Assembly: GCA_964407105.1 (NCBI GenBank) | Contig: CAYOUG010000001.1 | Span: 230,273-284,280 of the forward strand | Length of the DNA: 54,008 nucleotides | Direction of reading: 5' to 3' | Source: an uncultured Candidatus Saccharibacteria bacterium | Lineage (GTDB): Bacteria > Patescibacteriota > Minisyncoccia > Phycocordibacterales > CALRHW01 | In this document: in pieces, positions 1 to 8,957 of the stretch | How the letters are laid out: every line of letters starts with the position of its first letter | Position numbering within the stretch: the first letter of the stretch is position 1 | Notes under the pieces: model-generated | Told to the model about the DNA's origin: nothing | Database searches by the model: none | Seen by the model: only the letters and a program-made list of their open reading frames with translations | Translations under genes and position numbers: made by a program

Positions 1-85
1 GAGGCATTGGCCCCGCGCCAACTACAGCAGCAAGCTCTGAGCTTACGTTAAGTGGCTTCATAAATGCAGAATTCTTTTTTTCCAT
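1..85 (-). CDS. SWIB/MDM2-domain protein (N-terminal part; runs off the window edge)
   Basis: Not in ORF track; manual minus-strand translation from ATG at 85 gives MEKKNSAFMKPLNVSSELAAVVGAGPMP, the typical start of bacterial stand-alone SWIB proteins. Confidence 0.85.
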   Translation of the reverse strand, partial: MEKKNSAFMKPLNVSSELAAVVGAGPMP

Positions 86-204
86 ATATATTTATTAATC
101 TGTTAAGACTCGGGCTCTATTGTACCAGAAGATTGTTTTTATGTCTTCTAGGAGAGAAAGGTGCTGGGGAGATTTTTTTGGATTCAAAATGCGATTTCGA
201 ATTT

Positions 205-294
205 TGGCGGAGGAGGTGAGATTCGAACTCACGGGACCCTTACGAGCCCTCTAGTTTTCAAGACTAGTGCATTCGACCACTCTGCCACTCCTCC
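205..294 (-). tRNA. tRNA-Ser(UGA)
   Basis: Reverse complement GGAGGAGTGGCAGAGTGGTCG...CTAGT-CTTGAAA-ACTAG...long variable arm...GTTCGAATC...CTCCTCCGCCA; encoded CCA. Confidence 0.97.
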
Positions 295-341
295 AAAACG
301 TTTTGCAACGTTGGTCTTTGTTGTTGAATCGAAACAGTATT

Positions 342-590
342 TTAAAGCGATTTATCTTCTGTTTCAGACACCACTGTATATTTTTTTGCGATGAAATACA
401 AGTAAATAATGTCTAAAATACCAATAGTATTAAGAACGAGAATGATAATAAACCAGCGAGTGTGCGAGAGGCGAGCGGCTTTCCATAGTGCCAAACCCTT
501 CCAAAAAAGTGTCCAAACAATAAATATTATAAACACAACCGGATGATTGTTGAGAAAATTTTGTATTTGTGCGAAGTTTTCGTTGATCAT
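342..590 (-). CDS. DUF5652-family small membrane protein
   Basis: Motif WTLFWKGLALWKAAR...WFIIILVLNTIGILDIIYL. Confidence 0.8.
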   Translation of the reverse strand: MINENFAQIQNFLNNHPVVFIIFIVWTLFWKGLALWKAARLSHTRWFIIILVLNTIGILDIIYLYFIAKKYTVVSETEDKSL

Positions 591-665
591 AGTTTAGATA
601 TTATAACAAAAAGCATAATTAAGAACTAATGCAATAGGCCCACTCCTATGGTACGCTAAAAAGTA

Positions 666-1136
666 ATGAGATATATGGGTATTGATTATGGTAAGAAACG
701 TGTGGGCGTAGCTCTTTCAAATGAGAGTAATGAATTTGCTTTGCCGCATAGCATTATTCAAAATAATGTTGGCATGTCGACACTTGTGGAAAAAGTATGC
801 GAGATTTGTCGGAGGGAACATGTGACTGATGTGGTGATAGGAGAATCGAAAGATTATTCCGGAAAAGAAAATCCAATTATGAAAGACATTTGGGTGTTTG
901 CTGATGCGCTTGAGGTGGCGCTTTCAGAAGAATCTTTAAATGGTGAGCGAGTAAAGATACATTATGAGCCAGAATTTATGACAAGTGCGGAGGCGGAGCG
1001 TGTGGTGTTTCGACGTCAAGATAAAAATATGGAACGCACAGGAGTGAAACCAAACAATAAAGAAGTGAAAAACGAAATGCTCGACGCGTCGGCGGCAGCA
1101 CTTATTTTGAAACATTTTTTGGAACGAAAGAAATAA
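666..1136 (+). CDS. ruvX: YqgF/RuvX family nuclease (putative pre-16S rRNA nuclease / Holliday junction resolvase-like)
   Basis: MGIDYGKKRVGVALS, VVIGES, EPEFMTS, DASAAALIL motifs. Confidence 0.93.
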   Translation: MRYMGIDYGKKRVGVALSNESNEFALPHSIIQNNVGMSTLVEKVCEICRREHVTDVVIGESKDYSGKENPIMKDIWVFADALEVALSEESLNGERVKIHYEPEFMTSAEAERVVFRRQDKNMERTGVKPNNKEVKNEMLDASAAALILKHFLERKK

Positions 1137-1162
1137 CCGAGTAAAAAAAGAAATATAAATAT

Positions 1163-1522
1163 ATGGAAGAACAAAAAGAAAGTGTAGTGCGCAATATAAT
1201 TGGTATCGATGATGTAAAAAAAGTAGAAATGACTGCGGGGAAAATTTTAAGTGCAGAAAAAATTCCTGATACGGATAAACTTTTACGACTTATGGTGGAT
1301 GTGGGGGAGGGCGCGCCGCGGCAGATAGTGTCCGGTATTGCACTCCACTTTCCGGACGCCGCGGCGCTAACAGGCAAGACATGTATGTTTTTTACAAACC
1401 TAGAACCACGCACCATAAAAGGTTTTGAAAGTAACGGTATGATTGTGGCGCTTTCCACAGACACAGCTTTTTCTCTTCTCGAATTACCAGATTCTATTGC
1501 GCCTGGTACAAAAGCGAAATAA
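1163..1522 (+). CDS. Stand-alone tRNA-binding OB-fold protein (MetRS C-terminal/Trbp111/CsaA-like)
   Basis: GKILSAEKIPDTDKLLRLMVDVG, RQIVSGIA, NLEPRTIKGFESNGMI. Confidence 0.92.
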   Translation: MEEQKESVVRNIIGIDDVKKVEMTAGKILSAEKIPDTDKLLRLMVDVGEGAPRQIVSGIALHFPDAAALTGKTCMFFTNLEPRTIKGFESNGMIVALSTDTAFSLLELPDSIAPGTKAK

Positions 1523-1565
1523 AAGACTTTCACTTGCTGCGCTGCGTGGTGTATAATAAAGCTCA

Positions 1566-2525
1566 ATGAGCAAGAGTTTTTTTGATTTTTTTCCTCCACC
1601 ACGATTTTTACAAATGCCGTCAGTGGGTTTTTCTGTGTCGGACACACATTTACGTTTTGTGTCTCTTGAAAAACACGGCGAGAGTTTTGTGCTTGGTACT
1701 CATATAGAACGTGAATTGCCCGCACAAGTTGTAAGTGCTGGTTATGTGCATCAACCCGAGCAAATTATTGCAATTCTCGTTGAACTTAAGAAAGCTCACA
1801 AGCTTCAGTTTGTGAAAGCAACAATTCCTGAAGAAAAGGCTTTTGTTTTTCGTACGCAAATTCCAGAGGTGGCGCCAGAAGAAATGCGAAGCAGTATTGA
1901 ATTCACTATTGAAGAAAATGTGCCGATGAAATTAGAAGATGTTGAATTTGATTTTACCGTTGTTCCAAACAAAAATTCTGAACAAGGACATATTGATGTT
2001 GCTGTTTCTGTGGTGCCAAAAAAAGTTGTGGAAACATATTTAGAACTTTTTACTAAAGCAGGACTCACTGTTTTATCTTTTGAACTCGAGTCTCAGGCTA
2101 TTGCTCGTGCGGTTGTTGAGAAAAATGACACTGATTCATACCTCGTCTTAAACTTAGAGCGTGCAAAAACAGGTTTTTATATCACTACTGGAGACGCGGT
2201 GCAATTTACTTCAACAATGACAATAACCCCAGACGACATGACTAGTTTGTGTGAAGAGATAACCAAAATATATTGGCACGCTCATGGAGAAAAGAAAGAA
2301 AAAAATGGACTAACCATTTCAAAAATTTTGCTGTGTGGTGAGGGTGCAACAAAAGAGGGTGTAAGAGAGGGGATTTCAAATACTGTTGGTATTGAGGTTG
2401 AGATCGCGAATGTGTGGAAAAATGTATTTGTTTTTGATAAATATGTTCCAGATATAACCCTTAAAGAATCATTTGGTTTTGCTGCGGCGATTGGTTTAGT
2501 GTTACCTTCACGTAAAGAATTATGA
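1566..2525 (+). CDS. pilM: PilM-like type IV pilus assembly protein
   Basis: VGFSVSDTHLRFV, SIEFTIEENVPM..EDVEFDF, LELESQAIARA, ILLCGEGA, AAIGLVL; first gene of a pilMNO-like block. Confidence 0.85.
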   Translation: MSKSFFDFFPPPRFLQMPSVGFSVSDTHLRFVSLEKHGESFVLGTHIERELPAQVVSAGYVHQPEQIIAILVELKKAHKLQFVKATIPEEKAFVFRTQIPEVAPEEMRSSIEFTIEENVPMKLEDVEFDFTVVPNKNSEQGHIDVAVSVVPKKVVETYLELFTKAGLTVLSFELESQAIARAVVEKNDTDSYLVLNLERAKTGFYITTGDAVQFTSTMTITPDDMTSLCEEITKIYWHAHGEKKEKNGLTISKILLCGEGATKEGVREGISNTVGIEVEIANVWKNVFVFDKYVPDITLKESFGFAAAIGLVLPSRKEL

Positions 2526-3076
2526 CAAATTTATTACCACAACAAGAGCAAGTAAATATTAAAAAAGAGTATAAACACCGACGCCTCGTGGTGATTTTTT
2601 CTGCGTTGGTGGTGATGTTTGTGGTGTCGGCTGGTTTTTTGGTTCCGTCATTCATGCTTTCAAATGTTAAGTTGCGAGAAGTTTCTTTTGATGCAGAACA
2701 AGCTCGTAGAGCAAGTGAAGATTTACAAAAAACAAAAAGCGTTTCGAGCGCTCTTTTGAAAGATGCAGAAAAAAAACTCTCACTTCTTATTGTTGATAAA
2801 AATAAGAATAAAAATGATGCAAGTGATGTAATTCGTCTTGTAACAGATAATAAAAGCGATCGTGTTCGTATTCAGTCAATAACCTATGAAATGGGAAAAG
2901 ATAAAATTGCGGGTAAAATGACGGTTGCTGGTATTGCAAAAGATCGTGATAGTCTTACGGAATTTGTAAAAATACTAGAATCTCAAAAATTATTTACAAA
3001 GGTCGATTTGCCGGTTTCAAATTTTGCAAAAGACAAAGATATTAATTTTTCAATTAGTATTTCTGGCACATTTTAA
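2522..3076 (+). CDS. pilN: PilN-like protein
   Basis: MTNLLP start, single TM, coiled coil, C-terminal VAGIAKDRDSLTEFVKILE...VDLPVSN; overlaps pilM stop. Confidence 0.75.
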   Translation: MTNLLPQQEQVNIKKEYKHRRLVVIFSALVVMFVVSAGFLVPSFMLSNVKLREVSFDAEQARRASEDLQKTKSVSSALLKDAEKKLSLLIVDKNKNKNDASDVIRLVTDNKSDRVRIQSITYEMGKDKIAGKMTVAGIAKDRDSLTEFVKILESQKLFTKVDLPVSNFAKDKDINFSISISGTF

Positions 3077-3079
3077 TTT

Positions 3080-3649
3080 ATGAAAATTTCAATTAAAAAA
3101 TCTTTTTTGATCTCAGCTGTTGTTGTTTTGTTTGTTATTTCTGGTTACGTCACTTTCTTTTTGATAATAAAACATAAAAATGAACAAGTGTCTCTTTTTT
3201 CACAAGAAATAGAGTTGTATACAAATCGTGAAAACTCTATACGCAATGCAGACAAGATCGCCGAAGATTTTAAAGAAGACATTGAAAAACTTAATTCATA
3301 TTTTTTAACAGAAGATAATGTAGTTTCTTTTATTGAAACAATAGAAGATTTTGGTCAAAAAAGTGATGTAGAAATAAAAATAGGGTCGGTAGATGTGGCT
3401 CAACCAAATTCTAAAAAATCAACCGACTCAACACTTACCTTGCGTGTTGATGCAAAGGGTTCGTGGAGTAGCGTTCTTACTTTTATGGAATATATTGAAA
3501 ACACCACCTACAGTATTGATTTAAACAAAGTGGCCCTCAGTAGCGTTTCATCGGTAGTACCGTTTTTTGGAACAAAAGATGTATCAATATCAAAAGACAC
3601 GCCACAATGGAATGCGTCTTTTGAATTGAGTGTCTTCACAATTCAATAA
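3080..3649 (+). CDS. PilO-like protein
   Basis: N-terminal TM, coiled coil, LRVDAKGSWSSVLTFMEYIEN ferredoxin-like signature; follows pilN. Confidence 0.7.
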   Translation: MKISIKKSFLISAVVVLFVISGYVTFFLIIKHKNEQVSLFSQEIELYTNRENSIRNADKIAEDFKEDIEKLNSYFLTEDNVVSFIETIEDFGQKSDVEIKIGSVDVAQPNSKKSTDSTLTLRVDAKGSWSSVLTFMEYIENTTYSIDLNKVALSSVSSVVPFFGTKDVSISKDTPQWNASFELSVFTIQ

Positions 3650-3659
3650 TATAAATTAT

Positions 3660-3986
3660 ATGAAAATTCCTCTTTCAAAATTATTTAAAAAAGTAACTGC
3701 AAAAAAACACCGTGTTGCGCATGGTTTGTATAATCCGGTCCATGATTGGAAAATAGTTCTTATATTTTTTGTTTTTATTGCAATTATTCTTGCTGGTTTG
3801 AGTGGATATTTGTTTTTGAAAATCAATAGAGGCGAGATTTTTATTACTCAAAAACATGATACTCAAACGGTAAGTGTTTTGAATGTAAAATTATTGGAAA
3901 AAACGGTCGGTGAGTTTGAAGAAAAAAAAGCACATCTCCTTGAGCTTGAAACAGAAAAGGTAATAGCGTCTGACCCATCAATATAA
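3660..3986 (+). CDS. Single-TM hypothetical protein closing the pilMNO-like operon
   Basis: ORF with one hydrophobic segment (WKIVLIFFVFIAIILAGLSGYLFL); start placed at the non-overlapping ATG 3660. Confidence 0.65.
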   Translation: MKIPLSKLFKKVTAKKHRVAHGLYNPVHDWKIVLIFFVFIAIILAGLSGYLFLKINRGEIFITQKHDTQTVSVLNVKLLEKTVGEFEEKKAHLLELETEKVIASDPSI

Positions 3987-4018
3987 AACCCCGCTTTTTT
4001 AAGCGGAGTTTGTTTTTT
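3986..4018 (+). terminator. Intrinsic terminator after pil operon
   Basis: AAACCCCGC-TTTTTTAA-GCGGAGTTT followed by T-rich run, between convergent genes. Confidence 0.7.
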
Positions 4019-4033
4019 GATAACCAACGAAAT

Positions 4034-4387
4034 CTAATCGGCGTCACCAGCTTCTCCACTAGCGCCACCATAAGATGTTCTGTGTTTGGTTGCGCCGTTG
4101 TGTTCTACAAACATTGTTATGTTTTGTGTGTGAGTTAGGGTGTGTTCACCACTTTTTGGATGGTGACTGTTCATCGAACACAATTTTCCTCCCTGTACAC
4201 AGTCTGGACAAAAGGCGTGATTTTGTTTGACGGTGATATGACGAGCCGCGATCACTCTCTGGCAACCACAACAAGCTATCGCCTCAAAACGGATAAGCGC
4301 GCCAGTTTCTTCAAATCCGTCTCTTTCTGGACTCCATGGGTTTTCCGTCGTTTCGTTTTGCATTGTTCGGTGGAGATGTGTGGACAC
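4034..4387 (-). CDS. Hypothetical protein with two CxxC pairs (putative Zn finger)
   Basis: CCGC and CPDC motifs; GTG start preceded by AGAAAGTGAGG; preferred over overlapping + strand ORF 4142..4459. Confidence 0.5.
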   Translation of the reverse strand: MSTHLHRTMQNETTENPWSPERDGFEETGALIRFEAIACCGCQRVIAARHITVKQNHAFCPDCVQGGKLCSMNSHHPKSGEHTLTHTQNITMFVEHNGATKHRTSYGGASGEAGDAD

Positions 4388-4512
4388 GTTGCCTCACTTT
4401 CTTTGACTGGTGTTTGGGTGGATGCGAATCTAGTAATTGATATTATGCTTATGAAATGAAAAAGCAAGGAACAATTGGAATATTTTCAAATTTCCAGTAC
4501 TATGACATCTAT

Positions 4513-4584
4513 GCTCTTGTAGTTCAATGGATAGAACACCGGACTTCTAAGCCGGTTATGTAGGTTCGATTCCTACCAGGAGCA
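4513..4584 (+). tRNA. tRNA-Arg(UCU)
   Basis: GCTCTTG...CCGGA-CTTCTAA-GCCGG...GGTTCGATTCC...CAGGAGC-A; CCA not encoded. Confidence 0.95.
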
Positions 4585-4599
4585 CATTGGAAAAGTCTT

Positions 4600-4675
4600 T
4601 GGTGCGCGATGAGGGACTCGAACCCCCGACCTTATCAGTGTAAATGATCTGCTCTACCAACTGAGCTAATCGCGC
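4600..4675 (-). tRNA. tRNA-Val(UAC)
   Basis: Reverse complement GCGCGATTAGCTCAGTTGGTAGAGC...ATCA-TTTACAC-TGAT...GGTTCGAGTCC...ATCGCGCACCA. Confidence 0.96.
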
Positions 4676-4812
4676 ATATCACGATCGTTCGTGTATGGGG
4701 CTAAGAATAAACTATTCAAACGTTTTTTTCAACTTTTTAAGCAAATCGGCGTTGTGTTATGATGCTTATTAAGAAAACATATTATTAGTCCATACATTTA
4801 ACCCATATTTAT

Positions 4813-5130
4813 ATGTCAGATATAGCAGGAAAGGTTAGGGATTTAACTAGAGAATTGCAGCAACATCAATCGCAGGTAATGCAGTCGGATCAGCTTTTAC
4901 GAGAACTTGAAGAAAAAACACGAACATTGCCACGTGAAATTGAAGAAATGAAACGCACACTTAATTCAAAAGAACGTGAACTTCGAGATATTGAAAACCA
5001 AAAACGAAAAGTAGAAGAAGAAAAGAAAAAAGCGGAGCGTGAAGAAAAAGAAATAGAACGAGAGCTTGATGATTTCAAGCGACAGCTTGAAAATATGGAA
5101 AAAGAAAATCGACACAAAAAATCTATTTAA
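4813..5130 (+). CDS. Charged coiled-coil hypothetical protein
   Basis: 105 aa almost entirely E/K/R/Q heptads. Confidence 0.65.
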   Translation: MSDIAGKVRDLTRELQQHQSQVMQSDQLLRELEEKTRTLPREIEEMKRTLNSKERELRDIENQKRKVEEEKKKAEREEKEIERELDDFKRQLENMEKENRHKKSI

Positions 5131-5151
5131 AATTGCAGAAAAATTCTGATT

Positions 5152-5901
5152 ATGAATCTTCCAATAATTTTTCAAAATAAAAACTACGTCATTGTAAACA
5201 AGCCCGCCGGGCTTGTTGTGCATTATGATGGAAAAACAAAAGAGCCTAATGTTACAGATTGGGTAATTGAGAATTTTCCGCAAGCATCTGAAGTAGGAGA
5301 GCCAACTACACTTTCTTCTGGGGAAATTATTAAACGTCCCGGAATTGTGCATCGTATTGATCGAGATACGTCTGGAGCTCTTGTGATCGCTCTTACACAG
5401 GAAGCATTTTTACATCTAAAAACACATTTTCAATCTCGTGAAGTAAAAAAAACATATCATGCGTTTGTGTATGGAAATGTAAAAAAAGATGAAGATACAA
5501 TTGATCGTCCGATTGGGCGAAGCAAAAAAGATTTTCGTTTGTGGTCGGCACAACGTTTTGCTCGTGGTGAACTTCGTGAGGCGATAACAGATTTTACGGT
5601 ACTTGCTCGTGGGCGGGGAAGTGTTGGTACACCAAAACCAGGCGATGAAGTGACTTTTTTGGAAGCAAAACCTCACACTGGCCGAACACACCAAATTCGC
5701 GTGCACTTTAAAGCAATAAACCATCCAGTAATTTGCGACAAGCTTTATGCTCCAAAACGTGATTCACTTTTGGGTTTCAAACGTCTCGCTCTGCATGCGC
5801 GATCTATTGAATTCAAAGATTTAGATGGCAAAGTAATTTCTGCAATCGCTCTATATCCAGAGGATTTTGAACGAGCAGTTAAATTGCTTGCTAAAGCGTA
5901 G
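5152..5901 (+). CDS. RluA/RluD-family pseudouridine synthase
   Basis: VNKPAGLVVH, catalytic HRIDRDTSG, TGRTHQIRVH, LALHA motifs; no S4 domain. Confidence 0.95.
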   Translation: MNLPIIFQNKNYVIVNKPAGLVVHYDGKTKEPNVTDWVIENFPQASEVGEPTTLSSGEIIKRPGIVHRIDRDTSGALVIALTQEAFLHLKTHFQSREVKKTYHAFVYGNVKKDEDTIDRPIGRSKKDFRLWSAQRFARGELREAITDFTVLARGRGSVGTPKPGDEVTFLEAKPHTGRTHQIRVHFKAINHPVICDKLYAPKRDSLLGFKRLALHARSIEFKDLDGKVISAIALYPEDFERAVKLLAKA

Positions 5902-5926
5902 CCTGTGTGCTACATTAATCGCTACT

Positions 5927-6364
5927 ATGAATAGTCACAATATGACAGTTTCTCCGGTTGTTGCCGAGCGAAAAAAGCTTGATGTGCGATCAGGAGATAC
6001 AGTAAAAGTTTGGCAGAAAATTCAAGAAAAAGGTAAAACCCGTCTTCAGGTGTTTGATGGTATTGTGCTTGCTGTAAAACACGGAAAAGAAGCTGGTGGT
6101 ACTTTTACAGTACGAAAAGTTGCATCGGGTGTGGGTGTTGAGAAAATTTTTCCAATCTATTCTCCAATGATAGATAAAATTGAAGTGATAAAACGAGTAA
6201 AGGTAAGAAGTAGCAAGCTTTATCATATTCGAGAACAGGCAGCAAAAGAAATAAAGCGTCAAATGAGAAACGCTAGGGTGATGAAACCAGAAGCAGAGGA
6301 TGTCGTGGCGGAAGAAGTTTTTTCAGAAGATCTTTCTGTAAAAGCGGTTCCAAATCTTGATTAA
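5927..6364 (+). CDS. rplS: 50S ribosomal protein L19
   Basis: GDTVKVWQKIQEKGKTRLQVFDG, FTVRKVASGVGVEKIFP; start re-set to ATG 5927. Confidence 0.97.
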   Translation: MNSHNMTVSPVVAERKKLDVRSGDTVKVWQKIQEKGKTRLQVFDGIVLAVKHGKEAGGTFTVRKVASGVGVEKIFPIYSPMIDKIEVIKRVKVRSSKLYHIREQAAKEIKRQMRNARVMKPEAEDVVAEEVFSEDLSVKAVPNLD

Positions 6365-6366
6365 TT

Positions 6367-6394
6367 AAAAAAAACGGCACCTAGCCGTTTTTTT
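6367..6394 (+). terminator. Intrinsic terminator after rplS
   Basis: AAAAAAAACGGC-ACCTA-GCCGTTTTTTT. Confidence 0.8.
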
Positions 6395-6478
6395 GTTCAG
6401 GTGTTTTTTATAAATTATACTTGAAAATAAAGGGTAAATACGGCATAATAACGGAACGGTTTTTAGATAAAAACGTAT

Positions 6479-6562
6479 GCGCGGGTGGCGAAACTGGTAG
6501 ACGTTTACGCTTGAGGTGCGTAAGCCCGTAAGGGCGTGGAGGTTCAACTCCTCTCCCGCGCA
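6479..6562 (+). tRNA. tRNA-Leu(GAG)
   Basis: GCGCGGG...TACGC-TTGAGGT-GCGTA, long variable arm, GGTTCAACTCC, CCCGCGC-A. Confidence 0.95.
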
Positions 6563-6592
6563 CAGTGCTCGCATCTGAAAAGATGCGTATAT

Positions 6593-6667
6593 GGTGGCTA
6601 TGGTGTAGCGGTAGCACACGAGCTTGTGGAGCTCTTAGTTCGGGTTCAACTCCCGATAGTCACCCCA
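6593..6667 (+). tRNA. tRNA-His(GUG)
   Basis: G-1 then GTGGCTA...GAGC-TTGTGGA-GCTC...TAGTCAC-C-CCA; C discriminator. Confidence 0.95.
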
Positions 6668-6812
6668 AAATTTGACGTATATACTATTTTACTCTCTAAT
6701 AAAAAGATTAGGTATTTTGAAGTATAATATATTGTGGCTGGCATACTTAAAAGCTGATTTGTTTATCAGCGGTGTGCCTCGCGGTATGTCTTATAGAAAG
6801 TGAGATGTAGTC

Positions 6813-7349
6813 ATGAGTAGTTCATTACAGGAAGAGAAAGTGACTTATCAAAAGTCTACCAAATCTCTTGAGAAGATCAAACAGTTGGTGGCGCAGATTG
6901 ATCTTGGTCCAATCAAGTTCAAGCTCATGGACACCGATGAGGGTGAGGGTTGGTCGCGAGACAAAGTTGAGAGTGTGGAAAAGGCTTATCGGCGTTTCCT
7001 CATTCTTACAACCACCTCTGGTCGTGCCATTATCCCAACGAAGGAGATTGATGCTTTCTGGCATCAGCATATTCTGGACACCCAGAAGTACGCTGAAGAT
7101 TGTCAGCGAGCGTTCGGATTCTTCCTTCATCATTTTCCATACATTGGTTTGAGGGGAAATGAGGATCGTTTGATGCTCGGACGCCTTTTCAAAGAGACGA
7201 GCGAGCTCTACGAGAAGATGTTTGGTGAACCCTATGGCGCCGATGCTCAGGATTGCGAGAACTGTGGAAATTGCACAGCTTCGTGTGGTGTTGGTGATCA
7301 CAGCTCCAGGGATCGGATCCGTCCGACTGTGCAGCCACTTGCAGTCTGA
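6813..7349 (+). CDS. Glycine-rich-domain-containing-protein-like (GRDP-like) protein with Cys-rich C-terminal tail
   Basis: YRRFLIL...IIPTKEIDAFWHQHILDTQKYAEDC...HHFP signature; tail CENCGNCTASC. Confidence 0.75.
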   Translation: MSSSLQEEKVTYQKSTKSLEKIKQLVAQIDLGPIKFKLMDTDEGEGWSRDKVESVEKAYRRFLILTTTSGRAIIPTKEIDAFWHQHILDTQKYAEDCQRAFGFFLHHFPYIGLRGNEDRLMLGRLFKETSELYEKMFGEPYGADAQDCENCGNCTASCGVGDHSSRDRIRPTVQPLAV

Positions 7350-7375
7350 TAGTTACAGGTGGCCAGCACTATTAC

Positions 7376-7411
7376 ACAGGTACTTCTCTTCGGAGCGGTA
7401 CCTGTTTTTTT
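7376..7411 (+). terminator. Intrinsic terminator
   Basis: ACAGGTAC...TTCG...GTACCTGT + T run. Confidence 0.8.
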
Positions 7412-7488
7412 ATATAGATATAGTTCACTTAAATATTATTGATTGCTATAATAATTTCATAGTAGTTTATCAATAATTTTATTGGATT

Positions 7489-7851
7489 ATGTCAAATGAA
7501 AAAAAGATAGAGTGGATTTTAAGAATAGGTGTGGCAGGTGAATTTTTGGGTCATGGAATGTTTGCGATAGCGGGCAAGGCAGATTGGATTAAGTGGGTCC
7601 AAGAACTTTCAGGGCTCAGTTTATCATCAGCAACAACCGCTATTCTTGTTATTGGTGTTATGGATGTTTTGCTCGCAATCCTTGTGTTGGTAAAACCAAT
7701 GCGCCCACTTTTCCTTTGGATGGCATTTTGGGGATTTTGGACAGCTCTCGTGCGCCCACTTGTAGGTCAACCGATTTGGGATTTTGTTGAAAGATGGGCA
7801 AATTGGGCAGCGCCTCTAGCGCTTTATTTCTTGTTTAAGTCACAAAAGTAG
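7489..7851 (+). CDS. DoxX-like multi-pass membrane protein
   Basis: WILRIGVAGEFLGHG start, several TM segments, ERWANWAAPLAL. Confidence 0.6.
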   Translation: MSNEKKIEWILRIGVAGEFLGHGMFAIAGKADWIKWVQELSGLSLSSATTAILVIGVMDVLLAILVLVKPMRPLFLWMAFWGFWTALVRPLVGQPIWDFVERWANWAAPLALYFLFKSQK

Positions 7852-7860
7852 AAAAATTGA

Positions 7861-7902
7861 AAAAAACCTGTTATCGACACACTGTCGATAACAGGTTTTT
7901 TT
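7861..7902. terminator. Perfect-stem (bidirectional-type) terminator
   Basis: AAAAAACCTGTTATCGACA-CAC-TGTCGATAACAGGTTTTTT. Confidence 0.85.
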
Positions 7903-7966
7903 CTTTTCTGAGTACTGTATAATATATGCAGTAACAATTTAAATCACAGGTTAATTTTAAAAAATT

Positions 7967-8899
7967 ATGAATTATTCAAAAACATATTTTAATATTATTT
8001 TGGTTGTTTTGGTGATGGTGTGTACTATTCCTGCATTTGCTCAAGCAGAATCTTCCTCGTGTGATTTTTCTAGAGATTTAGAGGTTGGTGCGGTTGGTGA
8101 AGACGTGCGTTGTATGCAAAAGTATCTAAACAATCAAGGATTCAAAATTGCTGAAACAGGTATAGGTTCTCCTGGAAACGAAACAAATATGTTTGGTGAA
8201 CTTACAAAAGAGGCTGTAAAAAAATGGCAGGCCGCAAACTCAATAAACACAACTGGTAATTTCGGTCCACTTTCTCGGGCAAAATTTCTAGAAAAAATAG
8301 CCGCTGCGCTTACATCTCAAATCTCCTCAATGGGAGGTAGTGTGCTCGGTGCTTCTACTGTTTCTGTGTCAGCTACACCAACAATTGTTATCCCAACTGT
8401 TTCTAATGAAGAAAAAGAAGCACGATCAAGTATTTCAGAAGCACTTGATAAACTTGAGGAAGCACAAAACGCAGTAGATGACACAGACGATCAAAATCTT
8501 GCTGAAGATGGACAAGACACTATTGATGACGCAAAAAAAGATTTATTTAAAGCGTTTCAAGCATACGTCGATAAAGATTTTGTTGAAATGAAAAAGCGCG
8601 CAGAAGATGCGATTGATTCTTTAAAAGAAGTAATTTCTGATATCAGTGGAAATGAAGATGACGCGCAAGAAGCAATTGATGATGCTCAAAAAACTATTAA
8701 TGATGCAGAAGATGAAATCAATAGCGCTGACGATGACGGAGATGATGTACATGATGCCAACGACCTTCTTGATGATGCGAAAGACAAACTTGATGATGCA
8801 GAAAACGCTTTTGATGATGGAGAATACGACAAAGCAGAAAGTCTTGCAAAACAGGCAGAAAATTTGGCAGATGATGCGGTAGATGCTATCGGCAACTAA
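7967..8899 (+). CDS. Secreted peptidoglycan-binding-domain protein with Asp/Glu-rich helical C-terminus
   Basis: Signal peptide (AFA/Q), FSRDLEVGAVGEDVRCMQKYLN...FGELTKEAVKKWQ...TGNFGPLSRAK PG-binding pattern, S/T linker, acidic repeats. Confidence 0.8.
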   Translation: MNYSKTYFNIILVVLVMVCTIPAFAQAESSSCDFSRDLEVGAVGEDVRCMQKYLNNQGFKIAETGIGSPGNETNMFGELTKEAVKKWQAANSINTTGNFGPLSRAKFLEKIAAALTSQISSMGGSVLGASTVSVSATPTIVIPTVSNEEKEARSSISEALDKLEEAQNAVDDTDDQNLAEDGQDTIDDAKKDLFKAFQAYVDKDFVEMKKRAEDAIDSLKEVISDISGNEDDAQEAIDDAQKTINDAEDEINSADDDGDDVHDANDLLDDAKDKLDDAENAFDDGEYDKAESLAKQAENLADDAVDAIGN

Positions 8900-8957
8900 C
8901 TTTTTAGTGAGAGGTTGGTTTACTTGACAGAATGTTTTATGGGTGTAGGGTTGTGTC

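Noticed and set aside
4142-4459. + strand ORF opposite the CxxC ORF
   Set aside because: No motif or RBS; the minus-strand ORF has paired CxxC and an SD-like motif (choice remains uncertain)
4513-6667. tRNA-anchored prophage or integrative element
   Set aside because: No integrase, no duplicated tRNA 3' end (att site) found by eye
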